A stretch of 62,826 nucleotides of DNA, filler included, from Choristocarpus tenellus KU-1152 (taxonomy: Eukaryota > Protista > Phaeophyceae), in the NCBI GenBank assembly GCA_964200185.2. It is 10 parts of 10 records of this genome, joined end to end, with 100 filler letters (N's around TTAATTAATTAA, not from the genome) between each part and the next. Parts side by side here need not be neighbours in the genome. Positions count along the whole stretch, not along the records: positions 30,676 to 44,403 come from CAXNAD020001391.1; positions 44,504 to 59,599 come from CAXNAD020001061.1; 8 more parts are not named here. The stretch is one strand, 5' to 3'. The notes below the pieces were generated by a model that did no database searches, was not told the origin of the DNA, and was given only the letters and a program-made list of their open reading frames with translations. The number at the start of each line of letters is the position of its first letter. The stretch's first letter is position 1. The translations under genes were made by a program, and so were the position numbers. Shown here one piece after another: positions 38,748 through 51,416 of the stretch.

Positions 38748-41700
38748 TTATGGGGTTATGTACTCAGTATATGGTAGTACTTGTCAAATACACCTTTGGT
38801 TAAGATGTCTCTCCTTCCCAACACCAGTTTGAGGTATTGTCAAAGGATTCAGACACTCCAATGGTCAGGCGTGCAGCAGCGTCTAATGTGGGGGACTTGG
38901 CATGTGTGCTTGAGGGGATGTATCTGGTGAGTGACATTGTTCCTGTTTTTAGGGGGCTTGCATCAGACGACCAAGATAATGTGCGCCTTCTGGCTGTGGA
39001 GCAAGCTGGGAAGGTTGCCAAGGCCCTGGTAGCAGAGGTAAACTCTTCACCTGTTTGTTGTCTTGTGTTAGCATTGTTTTGAGTGTTATGTGGACTCCAC
39101 ATTCAATCTTCGTTACTGGTGTTACTGGTGTTACTGGTGTTACTGGTGTTCCTTTTATACCTACTTTTTATCGATATATCTGTGTATCATGTATTGTCTA
39201 TATTTATGAAAGTTAGTAGTACTCAACTATTACTAATGTTAATATTAATTAAAAAAAATTATATTAATATTGAGTTGATGTTAATGCATTTTATATCCCA
39301 AATCAAATGAGTAACCAGTACGTTAGTGTAGATGGTTGTAAGACCCAATGTATGTCAATCCTTACAGTAATTTTGAACACTTTTATGGGATGTTGGCAAC
39401 TTCACAGGGATTGTCAGAAGAATGTGCTAGTCATGTTGTTCCGGTGTTGAAGCATGCCGTTGATGATCGCAGTTGGCGAGTTCGTTGTGCTTTGGCCAGG
39501 AGCTTTAGCCAAGCAGCACACGCAGTGGGATCAACACTAACAACAAATGAGTTGTTACCTTGTTTGACCAGGTGAGCTAATAGAAATGAGATTGGATGCC
39601 GCCAATTACTCATTGTTGCTTGTGTTGTAAACACCGATATATGCACATGAAGTTATCAACACACGTAAAGCTATCAATACACACATGAGAGTCATCAATA
39701 GTGCAGTTCTTAGTTCTCTGATTTATGTTTATTTTGTTACTTGGTAATTGTTGCTATATGATACTTACAATTAGTGAATGTCAAATAAGACTTGTTATTC
39801 TTGTGTGTGAGGATTAACTATATGGATTGTTGTGAATGGATTATGAATTGTTTCAGAATAGTTGGACTGAATGCATGTTGCATCAATCATGTGAGTACTC
39901 TACTCCCTTACTCTACTTTCATGATTACCTATTTATATTATTTATTGTAATGACAAGTGTATTTTGTCTGCTGTTGTAAACTCTGGCCATTATATTGTTG
40001 ATGCCATTGACCACTCTACACCCTTCCCCTTGCTGCTAGCCTTCTGCAAGATCATGAGCCTGAAGTCAGGGCAGCAACTATCAAGGATATCTCAAGTTAC
40101 GTTGAATTAGTGGGGGCCTCTACTTTTGCATTGCAGGTCATGCCATACGTACTCGCCTTACTGCAGGATGGAAACCAGGTACAGGAGCACTTGCAGAGGA
40201 AATTAACATTTTCTAATTCTCCCACTATTAAGATTAATAGTACTAATATTATGAATACTATTGACTGCTAGTTGCAGTATATAGTGATTGCTTTGCATGG
40301 GACTGTGTGTAGTGTAGTGTATGATTAGTAGTGTGTATGATTAGTAGTGTGTATGATTAGTAGTGTGTATGATTAGTAGTGTATGATTAGTAGTGTATGA
40401 TTACCCCATTCAATTCGCAAGTTGTTTTAGATCAAAGAAGGAGGAAAGAGAGCAATCTGTGTGTAGCAGTTTATTGTTTTGGAACTGTTGGAAAGAGAGT
40501 ACTCTGTGTGTAGCGGTTTATTGTTTTATTGGTTTGTAACGGTTGCAGGCGTGATTGGCATCCAGAAGGCATCCATGGGCATCCATAAGATATTAGGAAG
40601 TGTTGTATGTTTAACATGTACATTTGTGGTCTGGCAGGAAAGTCACTTAGCTCTGAACTATTTGGTGACTTGAAAGTTGTGTTTATTATGTTCACAATTC
40701 TTTTCCGCCTCATAACACTGAATAATATTCTTGTGTGTAGGAATAATCTTATCATTTCCTGGTCAAGTGTCATGTACCATATGTCTGTTGGATATTCATA
40801 TTATATTATCGCATTTAATACAAATACATCTCACATCTCTTTCTAGTGGTGACTCCTTGAGATAGGGTGGACTATTCTTATCCATATTGTAGATGAACAC
40901 CTAAACATCTTGTTATCTTGTGCCTCACATATGACAGAGTGTAAGGGTGGCCTTGTCTGATGCATGCATGAAGTTGGCGCCAAAGCTGGGACAGGAGCAT
41001 ACCATGACGCACATCCTACCCATGCTACTTGCTTTCCTGAGGGATGAGTCTGCAGAGGTATGCACGAATATAATAGTGTTACTGGTACTTTTATGATAAT
41101 AGTATTACTGGTACTTTTATGATACTCATGATACTGAACACACTGTATTAACATAGTATCTTGCTAATAGTAGTCTTAAACCTTTGCCAATAGTTCTCAC
41201 AGGAAAGGGGAGACAACATACATAAACTGTCAAATTTATCACTTTTGTATTGCTTGTAAATATATTATTATTGTTATTATTATTAGTAATAATAACAAAC
41301 TTATAAACCTTCTCATCCAAAAAGAACATCAACACCCTCTTGCTTGATGTGCTGGTGCTCTTTAACAGGTACGACTACATATCTTGCACCAACTGGATGG
41401 ACTTTCTGAGCTTATGCCGGCCATGGCAGATCAGGTGATGCAAACTATAGGTACAATGGTTAGGATTCTGTAAAATGACAGGAAAAGACAGGAAGGTTTA
41501 GGGAACAAGAAGGGTCACGTAATAAAAGAGGTGGGGAGACCAAAATGTTAATGAAGAGGTTAATCTTTTAAAAGGTGAGATCCATTTCTCTCAGTGGTCC
41601 TATGTGTATTTATGATTATGGTTGTGTTAGTATATACTGAGTGCCTTTCAGTTAATTAAGATAGTTTACATAAAAATTTCATAATACGCATTGATGTTGA

Positions 41701-42929
41701 CATTCTGGAATCTCAGGTGCTTCCCCTGGTTCTTGAGTTGGGGCAAGACTTGATCTGGAGGGTACGAAGGGCGGTGATGGTCAGTGTACCCCTTCTCACT
41801 GAGAGGATGGGTATTCCGTACTTCGAAGAGCATCTACTTGAGCTGTATCTTCAGGTATACTTAACGTCTTGTGGACACTATAGTAGTACTGACTATACAC
41901 TACAGTAGTACTGACTATAAACTATAGTAGTACTGACTATACACTACAGTAGTACTGACTATACACTACAGTAGTACTGACTATACACTACAGTAGTACT
42001 GACTATACACTACAGTAGTACTGACTATAAACTATAGTAGTACTGACTATACACTGCAGTAGTACTGACTGTACACTATAGTAGTACTGACTAGACACAA
42101 GAGGCTGATTTGCAAATTAGCAGCAAGTATGCAATATGTAAGAGAGAACAAGCTGGTACTATTTGAAATTGGTTTTTCCTGTGTATTGGGATATTTATGT
42201 GCTTGTATTTTGATGTGTTTTGATGCATTTTGATGTGAACAGTCAAGCATTGTTGTGTGTGTACTAGTATTGAGTATGCTCCAATAGTTAGACGAGATGA
42301 TGTGAAGTGATTGATGTGCAGTGACCAGCAGTGCTGTACTTTGAGATTTACTTCTATTAAAGTGACAAATGATATTCTCTCATCACTGCAAAATAGGGAT
42401 GGTTGATTAGAGGTGATATTCTGTCAATTCTTTTCAAGTCAGTAACAGTCTGGTACTTTGAAATGTTTGCCCTGGAGTAGGGTTGATCAGAGGACTATAT
42501 ACTGGATATACTTGGTTTGTGTATTGTATGTATTGTGTTGTATATAAATTAAAAATTTGTATCCTTCTAATATTTGTATTCACCTTTTTTCCAGTCTGTA
42601 ATAACAATTGCCCTAACCCATATTGATAGTTGTAGTCCATCACTGTATTGCAATCTTTTTGTTCATCATAGGGAACTGAACTGAACTCAAGTCAATGAGT
42701 GTTACACCCTTCAAGACCTTTGCTATGTCATTCTACCTTCTCAAGTGGTGCTCTATGACCATGATGTGTGGGTTTGTGAGAGATCGCGTTGCCCTATACC
42801 CCTTATTCCTCTTATACCCCTTATTCCTCTTATACCCCTTACACACCTTTCTATCCTTTCTATCTTTTAAATGCTATCCTTTTTGTAGGCACTTGCTGTT
42901 TCTTTCATTGATTTGAACCTCTGTTACCG

Positions 42930-42968
<39 letters not shown>

Positions 42969-43320
42969 CATACTTTTCAAAACACTTTCTATCTAGTGCC
43001 TTCAAATTTTGAAAGTGCAAAACATTACTTTAAGATCATGCCCTTGGCCCTAATATTTATGTTTTTTGAAGGCTTACACTGCTGTTACAATTGACATGGT
43101 GTCAATGCTCTTTGTGATCAAACTGCAGGCTTATCGAGACAGTGTCAATGAGGTGCGTGTAGGTGCTTCAGAGGGACTACAACGCCTCTGTAAGGTGTGT
43201 GGCTCGGACTGGTTACAGGAAAAGATACTTCCACGTATACATGGCTTTTATGAGGAGTCTACTTTCTACCTCATCCGCATTGCCATCCTCAATGCCCTCA
43301 AGAAACTTGCTGACGGAGAG
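31967..43320 (+). CDS. PPP2R1A: Serine/threonine protein phosphatase 2A 65-kDa scaffold subunit A (HEAT repeats), 3'-truncated
   Basis: Exons 31967-31970, 32325-32480, 33034-33139, 35093-35192, 37670-37798, 38828-39037, 39408-39571, 40040-40178, 40938-41057, 41369-41434, 41717-41854, 43129-43320 give 508 codons in frame; motifs [75 protein letters not shown]. Confidence 0.96.
35281..35512. repeat. AT-rich minisatellite (~15-bp unit taaataattaaatag)
   Basis: Direct inspection; intronic. Confidence 0.9.
37050..37133. repeat. 18-bp tandem repeat (ctatgtgactagtttcaa, ~4.5 copies) with an inverted copy at 37207-37227
   Basis: Direct inspection. Confidence 0.9.
38479..38748. repeat. Compound (TACTCC)n/(TCC)n/(TAC)n microsatellite
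   Basis: Direct inspection. Confidence 0.95.
41877..42092. repeat. 22-bp minisatellite (agtagtactgactatacactac, ~9 copies)
   Basis: Direct inspection; intronic. Confidence 0.92.
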
Positions 43321-44278
43321 GTGAGATCAGTATCAGTACAATACTAGGATCAGTATCAGTATCAGTATTCATATTTATGTGTTGATGTGTTGAATTCCTT
43401 AGTTATATTGATCATAGATATCAAGTGAAGGTTGAGAACCTCTTTTGTTTTAGTTGTTAAGACTATATATAATTAGTTGATTAGTCGTCACTTGAATCTG
43501 GGGACCATCCTGACTTGTGTTCAGGTACACTATACACACTGCACTATTAATAGACCAATTGTACTGCCTACAGTTGTGTCTTGCTTCCTTTAAGTTGGGT
43601 TTAGTCATCCCACGGTTGTTCACTTTGCCTCCTCTCAAATTTTGTGCTGGAGATGCCTTGGCCTCAGTTGGCAATGAAACCTTGCCACCTTTGTTGGGTT
43701 TCTTGTGTTTTTGTGGTATATTATAGCAATGAATAGGATAGTAATAGTACTGGTAAACAATCTGTTGTGCTTGCCATACGGACTCAATTCAGATATTTGT
43801 AGTCAGATATTTATAGTCAGATTTTCCTGCAAAGAAGTCTGACATGATGGAGTCATGAAACCTGGGAAACTTACGTTGAGCACAGTGTCCATTTCACCTC
43901 TGAGCTATCAAGACTCTCATACTCCTACTGAAATGCTTCTTACTGATGACCAGTGTGTCTTGGCTGCCCCTGTTGAGCACATGGAGTTACATTCTTTTTG
44001 CTTTGTTTTCTTTCTTATTTTCTTTTTTTCAAAATTATTGCATTTCAATATTATTATTTATTATTGCTTTTCCTTCGGGTACCTGGTTATGATAGGCTTA
44101 GAATAAATGACACTAACATTAACAACAACAATAACAGCATCATGAAAATACAGTGTAGGGTAGTTGATGTATGATGTGACAGAAGCAAAATTTGTAGAAC
44201 TAACTTTCAAGTGTTTTATATGGTATGATACCTCTAACAGTATCTCATATGCTTTGTCCTCTTCTGTGTTGTCCCTCT

Positions 44279-44403
44279 CCTTCTCTATCAATTTATGTCC
44301 TAAATGCATCCTTCTCTATCAATGTATGTCCTAAATGCATCCTTCTCTATCAATTTATGTCCTAAATGCATCCTTCTCTATCAATGTATGTCCTAAATGC
44401 ATC
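44279..44403. repeat. 31-bp tandem repeat x4 at contig end
   Basis: ccttctctatcaat(t/g)tatgtcctaaatgcat. Confidence 0.92.
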
Positions 44404-45399
44404 NNNNNNNNNNNNNNNNNNNNNNNNNNNNNNNNNNNNNNNNNNNNTTAATTAATTAANNNNNNNNNNNNNNNNNNNNNNNNNNNNNNNNNNNNNNNNN
44501 NNNCTATGGAGGAGGCGGTGGCCAAGGTGGGAATGGATCTGCTGAGTGTTGTAAAGAGGGTTGGTGGGGGTGGGGGTGGGGGTGGGGGTGGGGAGGTAGG
44601 AGGGAGTGTATGAGTTTGGTTCCTTGTTTTTGTGTTGGTGTTTGATTTTATGTTTGGGGGTTTGTAGTTGAGCTAGGTGCATGTTTTGGATTTTATACTT
44701 GAAAGTATAGAGTGGCTTGGTTTGTGATCCTTGTGCTTGAGGGGGCTGCCTTATTGTTACTTTGATACTAGTTTGTTTTCAGGATAGAGTCATGCACCCC
44801 AATCTCAAAGCTCACAGAGTCACTATGTTGCTTTTGTTTCTATCATGTATGGATACAAAGAGAGTAACCCCAGCAACGGGTTGTTGTTAGGTTTTATTCT
44901 GGAGTGCTTGAAACTCACACTGTTGTTGATATTATGCTATTACTTTTGTTAGTTTATGCCTACTGACATTTTGGAGATGTGGTCATGAGAGTGACCTAGT
45001 GTTTATATTGTACCTGGCATAAACATCAAGGTAGTTCTAGAAGTTTATCCACTTCTAAAGAAGGCACATATTCTGCTTGGACAGGAGTATTGATAACTAG
45101 CAGGAACAACTCTCAGTATTTTATTTTTTGTTTCCTCTTTTATTATTTTCTGTTCACTTCCCTCTGGTTATCTATATCGTGCATTGTTTGTTTAGGGGGC
45201 ATTGTGCATTGATGTCTTCTTGTGTTAGTTTTCTCTGACGTTCTTCAATCAATATTTTTACGATTCTGTGTCATGGCGTCCCCCCTCCAATTCTTCAATA
45301 TTGATTCCTTTCCCATACCAAGACCTTTTGAAAAATATGGCTGAGGCCTTACAGCTTTTGTTTACCATTATCACACAAGATACAAACACAGGTTGCACA

Positions 45400-45445
45400 T
45401 ACTACTACTGCTACTATTAATACTAATACTACCACCACCATTACC

Positions 45446-45480
<35 letters not shown>

Positions 45481-45537
45481 CACTACCATTACCACTACCA
45501 CTACCACTACTACTCCTACTAATACTAATACTAATAT

Positions 45538-45568
<31 letters not shown>

Positions 45569-45606
45569 GCTACTGCTACTGCCACTGCCACTGCTGCTAC
45601 TACTAT
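45400..45606. repeat. (CTA)n-type compound microsatellite
   Basis: Direct inspection. Confidence 0.9.
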
Positions 45607-47090
45607 TCATTGTTACTGTTATCATTATTGTTATCTGTTCACACCTCAGACAATACAATGCTTGCATTACACTAATTTGCCTTTTGGCATCATACATAAC
45701 AAAGCACTCTTCAACGACTCCGATTGCTTGCTGGACAATGGCATGGATGTTATGAGTGAGCATGGCAGTCGTATATATATATATGGTACACGTATGTATT
45801 AATTTTTTTCTTGTGTCAGTTTTTTTTTTTTCTGTTGAGAAAATTCTTCCACTTCTTGCTTTCTCTGCTGTTGAAATAAACAATTATATGAAATAATAAT
45901 AATAATCAGTAACACAGAATCGATTCTGTTTTTTTCAAGCATAAGACAAACAGAACCAAAAGAGTCTTCTGCACAGAGGACACTGTAGAGGAAGAGAGCA
46001 CCGGGTGTTTGCCCTGAGAGTAGACATTACGAGCAAGCAGACTTTACTGTGATGTTATTTGGATAGTGGAAGCTATAAAAGCAGCTGTACCTCATGAACT
46101 TTGTCCAGGCAATGGTTTTTCTAGAGAAAAATGATGTGAACGTTGTGATGCATAATGACTGTTATAAGCCACATACAGCTAAATGTTGAAGGGTATTGCT
46201 AGAGTGAGGGGTTCAACTTTATGAGGTGTAAGTCTGTTGTTAACATTTATTTTTATAGGTGAAAGATTGATGATATTAGTATGTATTATATACTATAAAA
46301 TGTAGATACGTATTTTTATTGTGTATAGTATGTACCCTGGAGAAGTATGTAAGGAGTCATCGCAGTAATGCAGTCTTTTTTTTCTTATTTGAATATATAT
46401 ATATATATATATGATTTATAAGAAAGCATTCGGTTTCAAGAACGATTTTGATGGTGGCGTGAGGTGTTACTGGGGAGTTTATGGGGGTAAATCTTTTGCA
46501 CAGTTTTGTTCAGTTTTGTTCCAGAGTGCTGTAAAACAAGTTTCCAAATTTCCAAACTGTATTATTGTGTTTGGTCTATTACAGTGCTGTTGTCTAAGTT
46601 ACGCCATACCAGCTGTTTTGAATAACTGGAACTTTGATGAAAATGCCTTCCCAGGTGAAGAAAGGGTACTGTTCTACCTCGTAGTAGAACATATATTGTT
46701 ATATATGTACCAGTTGTCCAGAAGAAGATGTATCTCCCCCCCTCCGTTATTGTTCAAAGTAAAAGAAGCTATAGATACATCCATCTATTGTTATAATTTG
46801 TTTCTGGGGAACTTCTGACTTGATATACAGGGTACATTGAAGGCCTAAGTCCCAACCCACAGACCAATCACACCCTTATCCTATGTACATTTTTTTTCTA
46901 ATCTCTAAGCTGTTCGATTTAATACAGTATCAACTCTTGTTTGGTGTAAATAATAAATTCAAGAGATGCAACCTACTCATGATACTTCAATTGCAAATTC
47001 TTCTGCACCTTCCCCTGCTTCCCCCCAGTCTACTTTTTTTCTCTTATCTGATTGGATGTAATCTCGCGTAATTTCATGTCATGTATCCAG

Positions 47091-50000
47091 GGCATAAGAG
47101 CAATTGAGATTCTTGTTGTCCGACCAATGGCAGCAGCCCCAGCGCAACACATCCGCCACGCCTATGAAACGTACCATGCTGCTGCCTCCGCATCTGTGAG
47201 TGAAGCCAAGGTTGAGACAGGGTCAAGCTCAGCAGGGGATAGAGGAGATGGTGGTGGTAGGGCAAGGGATGAACGAGGGGTGGGGGGTGCTGGGTTGGAG
47301 GTGGGAGGGAGGGGTGATAGTAGGGATGGGGTGACAACTGGGATGGATGCTGCATTATCTTGTTATGGTGGGGGTATTTGTGGCACGGGTTTGTTGCCGG
47401 AGGAGGCGTGTTTGGTCCGGAGGCATTTTTTGCCCCTGTTGGATATTGGCTGGCGGCCTCAGGCAGAACCTGATGGTGAGTGCGAGTCTGAGTGAGGAAT
47501 GACTCCTTGTTGTTATTTTTAATATTCTTGAGTATATTTTTTTTATTTAGTGCAATAATATTATGGAAGATTTGAATCAGTGGGTGGGAATAATTTGAGT
47601 GAGAAGAGTTTTTTCAATGTTTTATTTAAAGTTGTAATAATGATGAATATGTTTGATATGTAAGAACCAGGGTACAAAGTAAATATACAGTCATCATTGT
47701 TGGCAGAACGGTAAGACTTTGAAAGAAACTGATGACAGTATGGAGTATTGAATATGTACTGTCATCACTATATATATGTGCATAATGATTGTATATAGTG
47801 TAATATCATACTGATCCACCATCCCCCAGTAGCTGATTGGTGGGAATCTCCGATCTAGCCTCAAGATTGTTAGTCTGATGAATTATGGCAAGATAGGGTA
47901 CTACTGATGTGGTAAGAATAGGGTATAGTGGTCATGGCATGTACTATGACTTGAGTGAAGTTGGATTGTTCTTAAGGAGAGGAGTATATCATTTGTGGCA
48001 ACGGAACTAGGAGGGAGGGAAGTAAAGAACCATTTTACCCCTTATTTTTCTTTGTTGTTGTACTTCCATTTGACCAAACTTTTGACAGGGGTGTGGGGTA
48101 GACCTTTTTTTGTCCTTGATATATTTTGGTGGGGGACGGAGTATTAAGAATGGGTAGATTCTAAAGGTTTGCATTTCCGCATAAAATATATTTATTTTAG
48201 TTGATCGATGGTGTTTATTAGTCAGCAAGAGGGCTGGCTAAGTAAGAACATGTCTGAGATTGTAACACGCTCTTTTTTTTATGTGCTTGTTTGATTTGAT
48301 GTGCTTTAGATTAGTTTGTTTTACAAATTGGAGGCGTGATAGATTCACCTTCCTTCTACCTCAGACTCTACTGTGGTACATTTAAATATCATACTATTAA
48401 TAAAAGGGAAAAAAACTTCCTTGTCTGTACTACGGGTGGGGTGTATGCATATATATTCACAGCACATATTTTGTGGCGAGATGGTAGTGTTGTCTCAGTG
48501 AAGCTCTTCCTAGCAGGAAGAAACGAGAGTGAAATCTCCAGACCCTACGTACTCACAGCACTGGTGCAGAATATGGACACAACAAAACCAGGTTCTGTCT
48601 AATCTCTATTCTTCACAGAACAAGAGCCTCCACCATACTGCCGCCCCCTTTCCCTTTCCCCTAGTCCCCTCTTGGTCACCACTATCTCCTTCCCCTCGCT
48701 CTCCTTCAATCGTCTGACTTTAGCCAAAGCCGGGGGGGGCATTCTGCACAGGTTGAACCTTGGCACCGATACTTTCTCAGAGATCAACAAGCATCTCGCC
48801 AGGCTCTTCCGACTCCGCCGGCACCGTTCAGACACTGCATCGCCTTCACCTCCTCTCACAATGAGCACCCATGATTGCCATTCCAGCAGTAGGGTTGACA
48901 TTGGCAACAGCGAACTAAATTTGCCGATGGGGACAGCAACACGTGGGGGGGTAGGGGCAGCAGGGGCAGCAGGACTTGACAGTGCAACCGCCGCTGCTGT
49001 ATGCCTACAGACTGGATTGGTGGGGGGGGGAGGGGGGGGGGAGGAGGGGCCATCCACACAACTTAATGGAGGCAGCGATCCAGTCCTCATCACTGTATCC
49101 CATAGCCTCTGCCGGAAGAGACCGAGAACTGGTGTTGATGACCTTGATATGCAATTAGTGGGAGCAGGGTTTACAACACGTGTGGCGTCTGTGGGTGGTG
49201 GTTGGAGTGGCGGTGAAGGTAGTCGGGGAAGGGTTGGGGCTCTGGGTGGCCCCAGGTCAGGGGGTGTGAGGCTGTCGGTGAGGGTGAAGGCTTACAATGC
49301 CACCAATGCCAGGTTACATGGGTTTGTGATCAGATTGGGGTTTGGCCGTGGTGCTGAGGTGTTTGGACTGGGGCATGGGGGTCGTGTGGAGTCTCATGTT
49401 GAAGAGGTGAGAGTGTGTTGATGAAGAGAGTATTTTCATTTTTTCTGAAGTTTTGGGTGATGACATGTGAAGTGTGTAGCCCAGTGAGATATTTTTTTTG
49501 CAGAGGATAGAATTTTATGCCAGCAAGCACAGCGCTCAAGTTGGTCACACCACATGTGATGATGAAAGAAAAAATGTTTTCGAGACTAAATCCCCCCCCT
49601 TCCGTCTCCCCATGAAGTACACATGCAAGTGCACCATGTGTTAAGTAATCACACATCAAATACGCCTCATCCAGTTGGGCGTGTGAGTAAGCACTTTTTT
49701 TGGTGATAAAGTCAATGGTAGATGACAAGGATGAAATTTGTGAAATAGCTATCACGAGTACATGAGCATCTTACGTACACTCTCCCTTTATCTCACGCGC
49801 ACACACCGCCTCCCAATGAATTTTCAATCTTGACTGCCAGGTCCTTATGCCAGCAGCTGCCCACACAGTGGAGATTCCCCTACAAGATATCGTGGACTTG
49901 AAGGACGTGGTAGTGCAAGTGTCGGTTGCATTTATGCATGCAGAGGTGACCCCACCGAAAATAATTAGAAGTGTGTTTACTATAATTTTTTCTTCATTGG

Positions 50001-51416
50001 GTTTGATAAGTTTTGGAAGCCACTACTGCTGCTGTTTGTGTTGATCACACGGGGCACATCTGGAGGTCAATTTTGGCTACCGTCCTTTTATGGGTTTTTT
50101 TCGTGTATGGTGTCCTGCCTGCCTCTCCTATGTGTAGGTATGACAATCAAATCCTGTACCATGGCCCTATCTCAATTCTGTGTTCTTAAGAGATATAATG
50201 TTGAAATGTTGAAGTAGAACCTATTTAACAGCAGGGAGTGGCATATGGTGCCTACGTTGAAAGCCGCACCCCATCATCTTGAACATATCAATGCTTGAGA
50301 AATTGCAAATCTCCTTCTGTAAGCTCAAGCCCTTCCCTTCCCTCCCCCATCCCCCATCCCCCTTCCCGCACCCCCGAAACATGTTGGCAGCCGGAGCCAG
50401 AGTTTGAAAGGGAAGGCACAGCAGAACTTCTTGGGGGTGAGGCTGCAGTGTCTGTGTCTGCGCTCAAGGCCAAGCCTGGTGTGAGTGGGGGCTGGAGCAG
50501 GGCAGAGGATGACTTTAGGGGTGGCTCAGTGCAGGTGACAGTGCCTGCAGGTAGCTATCGCATTCCAGCAGAGGACTTGTTGCTGCCACCCCCTGAGGCT
50601 CTCCGAACCCTGGCAGGATTCCAGACGTTGTGGTGCAGGCTACCCTTTTTGCATGCAATCCCCGTCTCTAGTGAACCATCCCTGGAGGCGTTTTGTCAGA
50701 CGGCACAGGACCTTGGCCTGGCGATGGAGACCCTCTGTGGGCTGAGTGAGGAGGATGTGGCAGCTGTAAGTGCAACAGATGAGAGAGGCGTTTCTGTGGG
50801 GGCTAGAGGTGTGGGAGGACATGGGTGGTGTGATGTCCGGACGGAGGCAAGAGTCCAGTCTTGTCCAGGCAACATCTCAGACTATGTAGCATCTGCGGCT
50901 TGGGCATTTGAGACCCCGGAAGGAGGGTCGATACTGGCAGTGCTGTCAGTGATCAAGACTCCGCTTGGAACTGTAACAGGTCCATACAACAACACTAGTT
51001 TAGTTGCTGGGGCAGTAGGGGGTGGAGGTAAGGGTGGTGGCGTGCACAGCTGGGTTGGTCGACTGGAGGTGAGATGCGGCTCTGTAGCTTCCTATTCATT
51101 CGCCCGTGCTGCTCCGGGAAGGCTGACTCGTTTCATCACTAACGAAGTCTTTACTCCTGCCTGGGTCTCTGGGGACGAGCCGCATCAGAACATGAGTGCG
51201 GGGGGTGACGGTTTGGGGTGGGGAAGGGACGGGGGAGACCCGTTTTGCAGGACTGATGTTGGTCCAATAGAGGAGGGGGTGGGGGGTTTAAGGAATATGC
51301 AAGGAGATGGTAGTGGTAGTGGGATGTCTCAAGTACTCCCAATGTACTGGGCGCTGCAGCAACAGGGGTGGGTGGATACCACATGCCATGCAGTACCTTC
51401 TCCAATTAGAAGTTAG
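47091..51416 (+). CDS. TPLATE / TSET large-subunit (beta-COP/beta-adaptin family)-like protein, C-terminal part
   Basis: Exons 47091-47475, 48724-49406, 49841-49945, 50391-51416 join in frame (phases 1,0,0) to a TAG. Motifs QLNGGSDPVLITVSH, VRLSVRVKAYNATNARL..FVIRLG and YRIPAEDLLLP...FQTLWCRLP resemble the TPLATE appendage (LTGSSDP..VEAYH; YKIPL.ELLLP...FFRLWPSLP), compared from memory. Confidence 0.7.

Noticed and set aside
38470-38832. Poly-Val/poly-Tyr ORFs (also 45349-45883)
   Set aside because: Translations of (TAC)n/(CTA)n microsatellites in introns
41877-42092. CRISPR-like array
   Set aside because: Head-to-tail units without unique spacers, inside a eukaryotic intron
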